From positions 1 through 28,220 of IMG/VR virus record IMGVR_UViG_3300020045_007239: a stretch of 28,220 nt of DNA; one strand, written 5' to 3'. Position 1 is the stretch's first letter. Each line of letters begins with the position of its first letter. Origin of the DNA: a virus. Lineage: Duplodnaviria > Caudoviricetes. Made by a program: the position numbers and the translations under genes. Positions 16,147 through 25,221 of the stretch are shown one piece after another. The notes under the pieces are model-generated. The model saw nothing but the letters and a program-made list of their open reading frames with translations, did no database searches and was not told where the DNA came from.

Positions 16147-16472
16147 CAGCACAACTTGCTAAAAGCCCGGTATTCACCATGATGCCGGAACGTGACCACC
16201 AGGATCTAATATTGATCGCCATCATGGATATGTTCTTTCAGCACCTCAAGGTTAAAAATTCCTGCAATGAGAAAAGAACGTATCGGCTGAATAAGCTCCA
16301 TACCGCTCTGTTGGACTACGAAAAACAATATGAAGGTGCGATACCGGAACACGTGGGAGACAAAGCCGATGACCTGAACCGTATCATCAACAAGGGGCTG
16401 GATATGATGCTCAAACCCCCAAAACTGGTGACACACGGCGCAAAGGGGCGGTTCGAGGCGGTGCCGCAATGA
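16143..16472 (+). CDS. Hypothetical protein
   Basis: AGGAGG RBS, ATGA overlap. Confidence 0.7.
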   Translation: MTAQLAKSPVFTMMPERDHQDLILIAIMDMFFQHLKVKNSCNEKRTYRLNKLHTALLDYEKQYEGAIPEHVGDKADDLNRIINKGLDMMLKPPKLVTHGAKGRFEAVPQ

Positions 16473-16675
16473 GATACCGCTACAAAACTCAGGGAGATCC
16501 AAATTGCCGCCAGTACTGCCCGACTGACCCTGAATTTGCGGCACTCGCAGCACAGATAACACCGCTGGGCAGGATACCGGCACCGTTTCCGCCGAGCTGC
16601 AATTGCTGGGGCGATGAAGGACCGATGCCGATGCGATGTAAGCACGAGACACCGGACAGTTTGACTAATAAATAG
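16469..16675 (+). CDS. Cys/Pro-rich hypothetical protein
   Basis: ATGA overlap; 68 aa. Confidence 0.5.
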   Translation: MRYRYKTQGDPNCRQYCPTDPEFAALAAQITPLGRIPAPFPPSCNCWGDEGPMPMRCKHETPDSLTNK

Positions 16676-16686
16676 GAGGTAAGGGA

Positions 16687-17046
16687 ATGACGTTAAAATA
16701 TGATAGCAACGGGCAGATTAGGGAGTTTGAAACAGGGGCTACACGTTCCCCGCAAGCAGACAAACTCTGCTATGACGGCTTTTTCTCGCCAGCTGTAATG
16801 AAGCGGATAGCACAGTATATGCACAAGCACCGGACGCAATCAGACGGACAGTTAAGAGCGCCTGACAACTGGCAGAAGGGCATTCCGCAAGCGTCGTATA
16901 TGGAATCTATGATGAGACATTTTATGGATGTGTGGATGTACAGCAGCGGTTGGCCGGAACTGATGGAAGAGGATATCGAAACTGCGCTGTGTGGACTGCA
17001 TTTCAATACCCACGGCATGTTGCTGGAAATTCTGAAAGAGAAATAA
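16687..17046 (+). CDS. dATP/dGTP diphosphohydrolase-domain protein (DUF5664-like)
   Basis: R.FETGATR, NWQKGIP...Y..S..RH. Confidence 0.75.
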   Translation: MTLKYDSNGQIREFETGATRSPQADKLCYDGFFSPAVMKRIAQYMHKHRTQSDGQLRAPDNWQKGIPQASYMESMMRHFMDVWMYSSGWPELMEEDIETALCGLHFNTHGMLLEILKEK

Positions 17047-17058
17047 AAGGGGCCACAC

Positions 17059-17964
17059 ATGGATTACTCAATCGCTTACGAAGATCACGCTATCCAGCTC
17101 CAATGTTACAGGCCAGCAGTCACCGGGAAACTGACCACGCTGACACTGCCGCCACAAGCGGGACATAGCGAAGTCATTGCGAACTGGCCAGCACCGGGGC
17201 AGAACCTCATGGAGACAATTTGTGCCAACACGGACGGCGGCGTCTACATGGTGGCGTGGAAGTCCTGCACTCACGAGCGCCGAAACGAGTCATACGTGGA
17301 TCTGGTCGAGCAGGTCAGCACGGCTATAATGGCAACAGGTGATTTCCCTGTGCGGCTGGTAGGTCTCTGCCAGGGTGGGACGCTGGCAACCATCTATGCT
17401 GCGTTGTATCCGTCTGATGTAGCGCATCTCGTAGTTGCCGGAGCGCCGATTGACGTAAGCCTTGGTGATAGTGTGCTGAAGCAGGCGCAGGAGACTCCAT
17501 TGTGGATGTATAAGATGATTGTCGCTATGAATGGCGGGATTGTATCAGGACACTGGTTGGGGTCGATGTGGAAGTCTGGGAACTGGCGCACGCATTACGT
17601 TGACCGCTTCACCTGTCCCGACGACCGGACCGAAGCGTTTTATGCGTGGTACGATGATACCCGTTGTCTGGCAGGCGGCTGGTATCTTGAACTGATAGAG
17701 CAACTGTTCCTCAATAACCTGCTGATTCAGAACAAGTTTATGGTGGGCGATAAAGTAGTTGATCTTCGCAATATCGCATGTCATGTTGACCTGATTGCAG
17801 GGGATCGTGACGATATCACCCCACACGAGCAGTTGTTCGCGCTATGTCAGCATGTGCCACAAGCCAAATGCCACATCGTGCCAGGCGGTCATATCGGTTT
17901 GTTTATGGGCGCTGAGTCCCAGCCTACATGGGGAAAAGTGTGTCAACTGCCTAAACGTTGTTGA
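17059..17964 (+). CDS. Alpha/beta hydrolase of the PHA synthase/intracellular PHB depolymerase (DUF3141-like) group
   Basis: PPQAGH, GLCQGG, AGAPID, AG.RDDIT, PGGHIGLFMG give a Cys-Asp-His triad. Confidence 0.8.
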   Translation: MDYSIAYEDHAIQLQCYRPAVTGKLTTLTLPPQAGHSEVIANWPAPGQNLMETICANTDGGVYMVAWKSCTHERRNESYVDLVEQVSTAIMATGDFPVRLVGLCQGGTLATIYAALYPSDVAHLVVAGAPIDVSLGDSVLKQAQETPLWMYKMIVAMNGGIVSGHWLGSMWKSGNWRTHYVDRFTCPDDRTEAFYAWYDDTRCLAGGWYLELIEQLFLNNLLIQNKFMVGDKVVDLRNIACHVDLIAGDRDDITPHEQLFALCQHVPQAKCHIVPGGHIGLFMGAESQPTWGKVCQLPKRC

Positions 17965-17989
17965 TTTATTAGTAAATATCTGTTACTCT
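17961..17989 (+). promoter_or_regulatory. Promoter for the ParB-like/helicase operon
   Basis: TTGATT-17 bp-TACTCT with TGn extension. Confidence 0.55.
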
Positions 17990-18017
17990 GGTTGCTGTAA
18001 GTGATTAAAACAATAAA

Positions 18018-18123
18018 CGCAATGGTCCAGATTGCGATAGCTTGGTTTCGGCGGTGAAAACCTCCGAGAACCTGGAACCGCCCAAGGCAGCTGGACCCTG
18101 CTTTGAGGCGGTTTCTTATTTTT
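18018..18123 (+). ncRNA. Structured leader RNA: three hairpins, the last terminator-like
   Basis: Stems at 18018-18036, 18044-18072 (GAAA loop) and 18076-18113, followed by a T-rich tract; loops 1 and 3 are complementary. Confidence 0.6.
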
Positions 18124-18134
18124 AGGGAGTAGAC

Positions 18135-19037
18135 ATGAGTATAAAAATTGACAAAGAATTTAGAGACATGATTCCTCCATTGTCTCCCGCCGAATTTGAC
18201 CTGCTGGAGTCTTCAATATTGGTTGAAGGTTGCCGTGATTCGTTGGTCGTATGGGACGGCACACTGATTGACGGGCACAACCGCCACGCTATCTGCACAA
18301 AACACGGCATTGAATTTCAGACAGTGGCCAGGGACTTTGTTGATCGCGATGAAGCACTAAACTGGATTGATTCAAATCAGCTAGGCAGGCGCAATGCAAC
18401 ACCTGACCAAATGAGTTTAATACGAGGCAGGCTGTACAATCGCATGAAAAAACAAGGGGTTAGGTCTGATTTAACTTTAGGTCAAATTGACCCTAAGTTA
18501 CCTTGTTCTAATCTAAATACCGCTGACTTGTTATCTGCAAAGCTTGGTGTTTCGCCGTCTACAATTAAGCGGGATGGCGCGTCCGCCGCCTTAATTGACC
18601 AACACCCAAAAGAGGCGCAAGCAATCATTAACGGTGCAAAGAAAAAATCAGAAGTACTGAAAGAGATTAACCCTCCAGTGCCGAAACCGGACCCGCCGCC
18701 CTTGCCGGACATTTCAGAAGTTGATTCAGCGCCAGAATCTGAGATGGTAACCATATCCAAAGAACAATTCGATGAGATGCAGGAGATGATTGAATCGTCA
18801 CTGGCCGAAGAGCAGGCGCTTGCTAACATGCTGGACGCACAACCAGACGACCAGCTAGCTGTTGCCACGGAGCAAATTAAGCAGCTGTCAGAACAAGTAC
18901 GCATACTGAATTGCAGTTTAGCCGGCGCAAACAACCAATGTAATGAATTGAAACGGCTGTTAAAGGCAAGAGACCGGCAGATTGCCAAGCTGGAAAAAGA
19001 AAACGATAAGCTGAGGATGGAGGCTTTGCCATTATGA
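18135..19037 (+). CDS. ParB/Srx-like N-terminal domain protein with HTH and coiled-coil tail
   Basis: IPPLS..E...LE.SI..EG, LIDGHNR, NQLGRRN, GVSPSTIKRD. Confidence 0.85.
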   Translation: MSIKIDKEFRDMIPPLSPAEFDLLESSILVEGCRDSLVVWDGTLIDGHNRHAICTKHGIEFQTVARDFVDRDEALNWIDSNQLGRRNATPDQMSLIRGRLYNRMKKQGVRSDLTLGQIDPKLPCSNLNTADLLSAKLGVSPSTIKRDGASAALIDQHPKEAQAIINGAKKKSEVLKEINPPVPKPDPPPLPDISEVDSAPESEMVTISKEQFDEMQEMIESSLAEEQALANMLDAQPDDQLAVATEQIKQLSEQVRILNCSLAGANNQCNELKRLLKARDRQIAKLEKENDKLRMEALPL

Positions 19038-21661
19038 CGCTATTCGATGAAGAGCCCAATGATTATAGTTCTGGTACATTTCCGACTCTGCGGGAGTTTC
19101 AGGTTACTGCACATGAAGCGCTGCGACAAGGGGATAGAGACGGACACCGATGTCAGTTGGTGATGGCTCCAACAGGTGCAGGGAAGTGCTTGGGTTTTGG
19201 CACCCCCGTTATCATGGTGGATGGCAGTATTAAAACGGTTGAATCCGTAGTTGTTGGCGATGTGCTTATGGGGCCAGACGGCAAGGGCCGGAACGTACTG
19301 AGTACCACAAAAGGCCAAGATAATTTGTACAAAATCACTCCAAAAAAGGGTGATCCGTATATCGTGAACAGCGTACATCTTTTGAGTCTGAAAATGGTCT
19401 GCGGAAGCGATGGCATAAACATGTCAAGCGGAAAACATATTAACAAGGATTACGAAAATCCAATCTTTGTTGAAGCTCAAGACCTATTTAATAGCAACCA
19501 GACCGCAAAACATTGCCTGAAAGGTTGGCGACCATCCGCCGTAGATTTTGAAAATGAAGACGATTACCACATGATTCCACCGTATATTCTGGGTTTATGG
19601 TTAGGTGACGGCACGAGTTTGCAGCCAACAATAACAAAGCCGGACGGGCCTGTTGTCGATGCTTGGAAGCAATACGCTAAAAAAATAGATTGTGATGTAA
19701 GCATGATACCAAATGGGTCGTCTGGTTGCCCTTCTTGGAGGATAACTAATCGCGGCAGAGATAATGACGGAAATGGGCCAGGGAAGGGCGAATTTCATTC
19801 TATGCTCCTTATTCTCGATCTTCTTGGTAATAAGCATATCCCTAAAGATTATATAATGACGACCAAAGAAGCCAGGCTTGAACTTTTAGCCGGCTTATTA
19901 GATACGGATGGACATATGTCGAATAGCGGGTTTGATTTTGTCCAGAAGAATAAACAAATAGCTGAATCAGTCGCATTTATATGCCGGTCATTAGGATTAG
20001 CGGTAAATATTAAACAATGCAAAAAAGGGATTGCTTCGAGTGGTTTTTCTGGCTTGTACTGGCGGTTAAATATTTCTGGCGATTGCTCAATCATTCCTTG
20101 TCGTGACCCAAAAAAACAAGCAGGCCCACGAATACAAATCAAGAACCATCTTGTAACTGGCATATCTATTAAACCTGCTGGATTCGGCGACTATTATGGT
20201 TTTGAAATTGACGGAGATAGACAATTTTTATTAGGAGATTGGCAAGTAACCCACAATACCGTACTGGCACTGAATATTATCCAACAGGCTCTTATTAAGG
20301 GCAAGCGGTGCATGTTTGTATGCGACCGAACCGCACTCATAAACCAGACTTCTGATGTTGCGGACATGTTGGGATTATCACGGCATGGGATCATTCAGGC
20401 AGGACATTGGCGGACGAATCTAAAGCTACCCTTCCAAATTGCCAGCATTCAAACGCTCATGCGCCGGCAATGGCCGGAGATGGATGTAATTGTATGCGAT
20501 GAAGCCCATACACTCTACAAGACAGCTATTAACCATTTTCAGAATACTACAGCAAGGGTCATTGGATTGAGTGCAACGCCCTTCAGTCCGGGACTTGGGC
20601 AGGTTTACACGAACCTGATTAATAGTACCACGATGCACGCTTTGACGGATTCTGGAATTTTGGTACCGATGCGGATCTTCTCTTGTCACAAGATGGATAT
20701 GACAGGGGCCGAAACTTCAGGAGGGGAATGGACGGAAAAAGCTGCAGGCGAAAGAGCGTTACAAATCAAGGGGGACGTGGTTTCAGATTGGGCTAAATAT
20801 GCTCTTGACCGCAAAACAATTGGTTTTTTCCCCGATATCGCCACAGCAGAACAATACACGGCGGCGTTTAATTTAGCCGGATACCGGGCCGAAACGTTCA
20901 CGTCACACACCGATGACAACGAGAGGGCAGAATTGTTAGCGGAGTACAGAAAACCGCACAGCTCTATTCGGCTGCTGCTCAGTTGCGAGTGCCTAGCAAA
21001 AGGGTTTGACGTGCCAGACATAGAGGCCGGAATTGATGCACGCCCGTTTCGCAAGTCGCTTTCAAGCGTCATTCAGATGTGGGGTAGAATCTTACGCAGT
21101 CACCCCGGCAAGGAAGATGCTTACCTGCTCGATTTTTCCGGGAACATCGTCAGGTTTTTGGATGATTTTACAGAGATATTTTACAACGGCCTTGATGCTC
21201 TTGATATGGGCGAAAAACTGGATAAGACAATCCGGCGTGAAGAAGGCAAAGAACCGTCAGCATGTCCAAAATGCGGAGTAAGCCCTTGTGGTAAGCGGTG
21301 CATGGCTTGTGGATATGAGCGCCCATCGAAGCAGAGCACAGTGGAAGTCACTGCGGGAGTAATGACGGAAATAGTGCTAGGTGGCAAGAAATTAGCTGAT
21401 GACGCCCGGCATTTATACGAACAGCTTTGTTCATATCATCGTTACAACGGCGGAAGTCCTGACAAAGCACCGGGGCGAGTCTGGTTTCAATATCAGGAGA
21501 TAACCGGACAGAAACCGCCGTCAACTTGGAAATTTGAGTCTACCCCTGATGTCCGGGTTACAAAAAACGTTATCGGTAAAATCAAATCACTAAAAATTGC
21601 TTGGCGGGCGGTGGCCAGAAAACAATCAGCAAGAAGCGCGTCAGCCAGTGCGACGGCATGA
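19034..21661 (+). CDS. SF2 DExH helicase (phage, RadD-like with C-terminal Zn fingers) containing an intein
   Basis: APTGAGK/T, DEAH, SATP, GFDVP, QMWGRILR, CPKC..C..C..C. Confidence 0.93.
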   Translation: MTLFDEEPNDYSSGTFPTLREFQVTAHEALRQGDRDGHRCQLVMAPTGAGKCLGFGTPVIMVDGSIKTVESVVVGDVLMGPDGKGRNVLSTTKGQDNLYKITPKKGDPYIVNSVHLLSLKMVCGSDGINMSSGKHINKDYENPIFVEAQDLFNSNQTAKHCLKGWRPSAVDFENEDDYHMIPPYILGLWLGDGTSLQPTITKPDGPVVDAWKQYAKKIDCDVSMIPNGSSGCPSWRITNRGRDNDGNGPGKGEFHSMLLILDLLGNKHIPKDYIMTTKEARLELLAGLLDTDGHMSNSGFDFVQKNKQIAESVAFICRSLGLAVNIKQCKKGIASSGFSGLYWRLNISGDCSIIPCRDPKKQAGPRIQIKNHLVTGISIKPAGFGDYYGFEIDGDRQFLLGDWQVTHNTVLALNIIQQALIKGKRCMFVCDRTALINQTSDVADMLGLSRHGIIQAGHWRTNLKLPFQIASIQTLMRRQWPEMDVIVCDEAHTLYKTAINHFQNTTARVIGLSATPFSPGLGQVYTNLINSTTMHALTDSGILVPMRIFSCHKMDMTGAETSGGEWTEKAAGERALQIKGDVVSDWAKYALDRKTIGFFPDIATAEQYTAAFNLAGYRAETFTSHTDDNERAELLAEYRKPHSSIRLLLSCECLAKGFDVPDIEAGIDARPFRKSLSSVIQMWGRILRSHPGKEDAYLLDFSGNIVRFLDDFTEIFYNGLDALDMGEKLDKTIRREEGKEPSACPKCGVSPCGKRCMACGYERPSKQSTVEVTAGVMTEIVLGGKKLADDARHLYEQLCSYHRYNGGSPDKAPGRVWFQYQEITGQKPPSTWKFESTPDVRVTKNVIGKIKSLKIAWRAVARKQSARSASASATA
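19187..20257 (+). mobile_element. Intein (357 aa) with LAGLIDADG homing endonuclease
   Basis: Begins CLGFGT, block B N..H, LGLWLGDG and LAGLLDTDG motifs, ends VTHN followed by Thr; splits Walker A. Confidence 0.95.
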
Positions 21662-21906
21662 CCCCGCACGCCATTATCCTGCATGAGCAATTCAATCCTG
21701 ACTGGTACCTGCTCACTCTGCGTAAGCGCTACACGTATCTGGCTGGGCGTGTAACCGCGATGAAAGCAATGTATCTGCAGAGTGAGCAGGTTGACCCGTA
21801 TTTTTGGTGGTGGATTGATGCGGCCCTGGAGTTGCACACATTAAAAGAGTATGGCAAGCGGTACCAGAATTTTCGGGAAATTGACACGATTACCAAGCAC
21901 TATTGA
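21658..21906 (+). CDS. Hypothetical protein
   Basis: ATGA overlap with the helicase stop. Confidence 0.6.
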   Translation: MTPHAIILHEQFNPDWYLLTLRKRYTYLAGRVTAMKAMYLQSEQVDPYFWWWIDAALELHTLKEYGKRYQNFREIDTITKHY

Positions 21907-21916
21907 GGTTTCTACA

Positions 21917-22171
21917 ATGATCGAATACATCAAATATAACAGAGACAACAAGTGGGTAGATTTCGAGGATAGAGACATCACCCGGCCCCACGCGCTTAAC
22001 CTGTTTGCAAATGGCGTTGAGGTGATAATCAAAGAGGATGGGACATTCATTTGCAACCGTAACGAGCGCCGCAAAACGTACCGGAAAGCCGGGCATAGGG
22101 CGGTGATGTTGACGGACATGGTACCGGTGGAGCGGTTAATTTTGGATGTTGGATTTCAGGGGGGAGCGTGA
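21917..22171 (+). CDS. Hypothetical protein
   Basis: GAGGT RBS before ATG 21917. Confidence 0.65.
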   Translation: MIEYIKYNRDNKWVDFEDRDITRPHALNLFANGVEVIIKEDGTFICNRNERRKTYRKAGHRAVMLTDMVPVERLILDVGFQGGA

Positions 22172-22341
22172 GCGAACATTATACCCGCAATACGACCGCA
22201 GTCATGAAGTTTTGCCAGACGTGCAACCGGAATACAATGCACAAGGTCTCGGGAAAGCGCATAGGATTGTGCATGGAAAATCATATCAAAGTTGCACAGG
22301 TGCCAAAGGTTTATGAACAGGAAGAACCAACTTTATTTTAA
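22168..22341 (+). CDS. Small Zn-ribbon-like protein (57 aa, GTG start)
   Basis: GGGGG RBS, GTGA overlap; C..C...H...C. Confidence 0.55.
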   Translation: MSEHYTRNTTAVMKFCQTCNRNTMHKVSGKRIGLCMENHIKVAQVPKVYEQEEPTLF

Positions 22342-22352
22342 TGGGGGGCGGT

Positions 22353-22571
22353 ATGAGTTGCATTAGAATTGAACACGGCTATATTTGCGGGCCGGATAGC
22401 GTTGTTGATTTGTCATCATACGGCGCGAAAATCTGGATGGAGTGGCATCACTATTTAGGTCCTACGTTTTTCCGGTCGGTCAACCGGATAACGCCGATCG
22501 TCACGCCGTCACGCAAAACATGGGCGGCATTTGAGAAATGGCAAGGAGAACAAAACAAGGAGTCGGTATGA
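22353..22571 (+). CDS. Hypothetical protein, paralogue of 4604-4807
   Basis: About 64% identity over 64 aa. Confidence 0.85.
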   Translation: MSCIRIEHGYICGPDSVVDLSSYGAKIWMEWHHYLGPTFFRSVNRITPIVTPSRKTWAAFEKWQGEQNKESV

Positions 22572-22732
22572 AAAACATCTATTGCAAATGTGGGCGAGTA
22601 GTAGGTATGGCAAACGACTGTCTGAGCATTCGCAAAGGCACAATCCATCTATGCCGGGAGTGTCAGCCTACTAAAACAAAAACGCCTGATGTGCCGGACT
22701 TTTTCAAGAGCGTTTTCGGGGTGCGCAAATGA
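22568..22732 (+). CDS. Small Zn-finger protein
   Basis: AAGGAG RBS; CKCG...CREC. Confidence 0.65.
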   Translation: MKNIYCKCGRVVGMANDCLSIRKGTIHLCRECQPTKTKTPDVPDFFKSVFGVRK

Positions 22733-22851
22733 TAACACCAGAACAGAGGGAGGCTCGAGCGGAGAGAATTGCGATAATGAGCGTTGAAGGTGAAGGGCCG
22801 GACGAAATTGAGGCTGTTTTGGCCGCTTATCCAGAAATTTACGGAGAATAA
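22729..22851 (+). CDS. Hypothetical protein (40 aa)
   Basis: ATGA overlap; ER.AIM..EG motif. Confidence 0.5.
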   Translation: MITPEQREARAERIAIMSVEGEGPDEIEAVLAAYPEIYGE

Positions 22852-22854
22852 AGA

Positions 22855-22882
22855 AAGCGCCTTCGTTGATTGGGGGCGCTTC
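22855..22882. terminator. Hairpin between converging operons (probably a bidirectional terminator)
   Basis: AAGCGCCTTC-loop-GGGGGCGCTT. Confidence 0.65.
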
Positions 22883-22914
22883 TCGTTTGACCTGATTGCC
22901 CAGTCAAATTAGCG

Positions 22915-23160
22915 TTAGCGGGTGAAATGGATGGGAGGCATCCCGCGATTCGCCCTGTCCATGTCCGTCAAACATCCCCCGCAAACACGGAAATGTTCGC
23001 CTATAAATTGGTCACTACATCGAGGACATGTGATTGACTCTACATAAACTCGTGGGCGCAAACCAAAGGCCAGAGAGCCGCAAGCATTACATCTCTGAGT
23101 TGACAGTATGTGATCGCCGTACTCTGTTGTTTTGCAGTTTGTACATGTGTATTTATACAT
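22915..23160 (-). CDS. Zn-finger protein (four CxxC)
   Basis: CTNC, CNAC, CPRC, CGGC; GAGG RBS. Confidence 0.7.
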   Translation of the reverse strand: MYKYTCTNCKTTEYGDHILSTQRCNACGSLAFGLRPRVYVESITCPRCSDQFIGEHFRVCGGCLTDMDRANRGMPPIHFTR

Positions 23161-23178
23161 AAAATCCTCGCTAATCCG

Positions 23179-23394
23179 TTATCTTGCTCCCCGTCGATCC
23201 CGTTGAAACTCTTTGGTATCAAGCGCCTGCTCGATGTACGCAGCAAGCGGAAATTGAATAGCGACGCCTGTTCTGGCTCGTGCTATCGTGGTCCGGCTGA
23301 CTCCCGACACGGTTGCAAGCGCTTCATTCGTTGCGCCTGCATTCCGCATTCTATCGGAGAGTTGCGGGATGGTGCGTTTCTTATATGTCGCCAT
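23179..23394 (-). CDS. Small XRE-like HTH protein
   Basis: NEALATVSGVSRTTIARAR. Confidence 0.75.
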   Translation of the reverse strand: MATYKKRTIPQLSDRMRNAGATNEALATVSGVSRTTIARARTGVAIQFPLAAYIEQALDTKEFQRDRRGAR

Positions 23395-23406
23395 TGTTTC
23401 CCCCCG

Positions 23407-23577
23407 CTATATGGTATCTGCAACGAATTTTTTCAGTTGATATAGGAATCTATGGGGCTTACCCGTTTTCAGGTTGATACCCTCATCCATCCCCATACAG
23501 TATCCGTGCTCAATACAAAATTTCACCATAGATTTTACAACGTCCTTGGCTTCATCTGTCAGTTTTTCGTATTCCAT
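23407..23577 (-). CDS. Hypothetical protein (56 aa, not in ORF track)
   Basis: TAATG coupling; GGAGGTGGGG upstream. Confidence 0.6.
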   Translation of the reverse strand: MEYEKLTDEAKDVVKSMVKFCIEHGYCMGMDEGINLKTGKPHRFLYQLKKFVADTI

Positions 23578-23753
23578 TACAGCCCCACCTCCGCCAGTTC
23601 ATTGAGATCCCGATGGATCTCTTCGATTTTTTCAACCTGTTGCCGTAGTACCATAAACAAGGCCCGATTGTCAGCGTGGTTCGCCTGTAGCGCCAAACAT
23701 TGAAGTTGCGCAAGTAGTTCGTCGGAAGTTCGTAATGCGTCTGATATTTTCAT
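23577..23753 (-). CDS. Hypothetical protein (58 aa, not in ORF track)
   Basis: AGGAGG RBS; helical. Confidence 0.6.
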   Translation of the reverse strand: MKISDALRTSDELLAQLQCLALQANHADNRALFMVLRQQVEKIEEIHRDLNELAEVGL

Positions 23754-23755
23754 GA

Positions 23756-23995
23756 TTATTCCTCCTGTTTGACTTGTTTAATATTTTGTTTAAAAACAAA
23801 ATGATTGGGGCATTCCAAAATATCATCTGGTTCTTCCAGAAAATTTGACGTAAAATGTCCACTACATTTGTTGCAGCTATGCGCTACGATTCCCGGCATG
23901 TGTGTATTTATCGGAGTTTTTATTGTGACCTCTGCGCATCGTGGACACCAACCAGAATCAAACATATCCCATACTTGTTGTCGTGTAATTTTCAT
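23756..23995 (-). CDS. Zn-ribbon protein
   Basis: CPRC...CNKC; GGAGGG RBS. Confidence 0.65.
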   Translation of the reverse strand: MKITRQQVWDMFDSGWCPRCAEVTIKTPINTHMPGIVAHSCNKCSGHFTSNFLEEPDDILECPNHFVFKQNIKQVKQEE

Positions 23996-24141
23996 TGAAC
24001 ACCCTCCGGCACGATATCAACACACTTCACCCTAAAACCTGCCTGTTTCAACAAGACTACGGCTTCTTTTTTTGAATCAGCAACTACATATTGCCGTACT
24101 TTTTCGCCTTCGTAATAACATGTAGACTTGTAAAAACTCAT
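23992..24141 (-). CDS. Hypothetical protein (49 aa)
   Basis: AAGGGGG RBS; ATGA overlap. Confidence 0.55.
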   Translation of the reverse strand: MSFYKSTCYYEGEKVRQYVVADSKKEAVVLLKQAGFRVKCVDIVPEGVQ

Positions 24142-24152
24142 GGTTTCCCCCC

Positions 24153-24317
24153 TTATTTGTTGACACAGAAAGCGTCTCTAATCGTCCCTTTTTCCTTGAT
24201 AAGCCCCATAACATATTGGCACTGTCTCATGGTACTAAACTCCTGCATTGTGATTATTGTATTATTGCTGTTGAACCCTGCCATGTTGATGACTACAAGC
24301 ACGGCTGCGGTTATCAT
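24153..24317 (-). CDS. Hypothetical protein
   Basis: GAGGGGG RBS; EF.T..QC...AFCV motif. Confidence 0.55.
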   Translation of the reverse strand: MITAAVLVVINMAGFNSNNTIITMQEFSTMRQCQYVMGLIKEKGTIRDAFCVNK

Positions 24318-24343
24318 AATTTCCCCCTCGTTTGACCTGTTTA

Positions 24344-24622
24344 TCATACCCTTGTCGCTTTGGCAATCGCGGCCTGAATCACAGCTATTGTGTTGTTTGC
24401 CTCAATATCTTCTCCTGGCAGACAGCAGAAATCCACGAGCATATTCTCCATCGTGTTCAGCGCCTCCCATAGCGCGGAAAGCATGTCTGGCGCCGCGGCT
24501 AGCAGGGTTACGTGTTCCCTGTTTTCGTTATCCCATTCCTCAACGACTGCAATAGTGCGTCCCATGTCATCTACAACTTCGTTACAGCATTCTGCATCTG
24601 ATACATGCCATTTCGTTTTCAT
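24344..24622 (-). CDS. Phage hypothetical protein (L.AAAPDML.AL motif)
   Basis: LLAAAPDMLSAL...AAIAKA, a common small phage early-protein pattern. Confidence 0.75.
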   Translation of the reverse strand: MKTKWHVSDAECCNEVVDDMGRTIAVVEEWDNENREHVTLLAAAPDMLSALWEALNTMENMLVDFCCLPGEDIEANNTIAVIQAAIAKATRV

Positions 24623-24804
24623 TTCAATTTCCCCTCAAATTGGTTATAGAAAAGCCATTGAAAATTAAGACTTGATGTTGGTTCGTCCAGTTCGTTGACT
24701 GTTATAATTTCCCACATTGTGACGCTCATGATTAATTTCCCCTCGCTATGTCAATCATACACCACACCAAGCACGCCAGACCGCCTAAAGTTACACATTC
24801 CATG

Positions 24805-24948
24805 TTACACCTCGATGCTGTAAATAAGGCCATGAGAGCGGCAATAATCGATTGCCGCCATGATGGTATTAAAGGGGACAACAATTTGCTTCCACGGGTC
24901 CAGTATTGCATAAGAGCCGGTAATTGTGGTTGTGATAGTGGTTGACAT
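24805..24948 (-). CDS. Hypothetical protein (47 aa)
   Basis: AAGGGGG RBS. Confidence 0.5.
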   Translation of the reverse strand: MSTTITTTITGSYAILDPWKQIVVPFNTIMAAIDYCRSHGLIYSIEV

Positions 24949-25002
24949 TTTTGCCCCCTTGATTAGTTTGTGCTCTATGTTGATTATTTGGCCTGTAGAA
25001 AA

Positions 25003-25143
25003 CTACTTAGGAAGCTGCTGTATTTTACGCCTGACTTGCATTAATTGTTCTTGTAGACCGGCTATTTTTATTTTTATTTTATACTCTTCATTATAGAGTC
25101 TAGCTAGTTGCAAGTTGTCGCAAAATTCGTTGTTAAATTTCAT
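25003..25143 (-). CDS. Hypothetical coiled-coil protein (46 aa)
   Basis: AGGAGGT RBS. Confidence 0.5.
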   Translation of the reverse strand: MKFNNEFCDNLQLARLYNEEYKIKIKIAGLQEQLMQVRRKIQQLPK

Positions 25144-25221
25144 GATCCACCTCCTAAATTTTGTTGGCCTGCTCACTTACCCGCCCGAGCTAGTCAGGCG
25201 GTAAGGTCAACGGGTCAAAAG

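Noticed and set aside
4604-22571. Diversity-generating retroelement template/variable pair explaining the paralogues
   Set aside because: No reverse transcriptase is in the window and the differences are not adenine-specific
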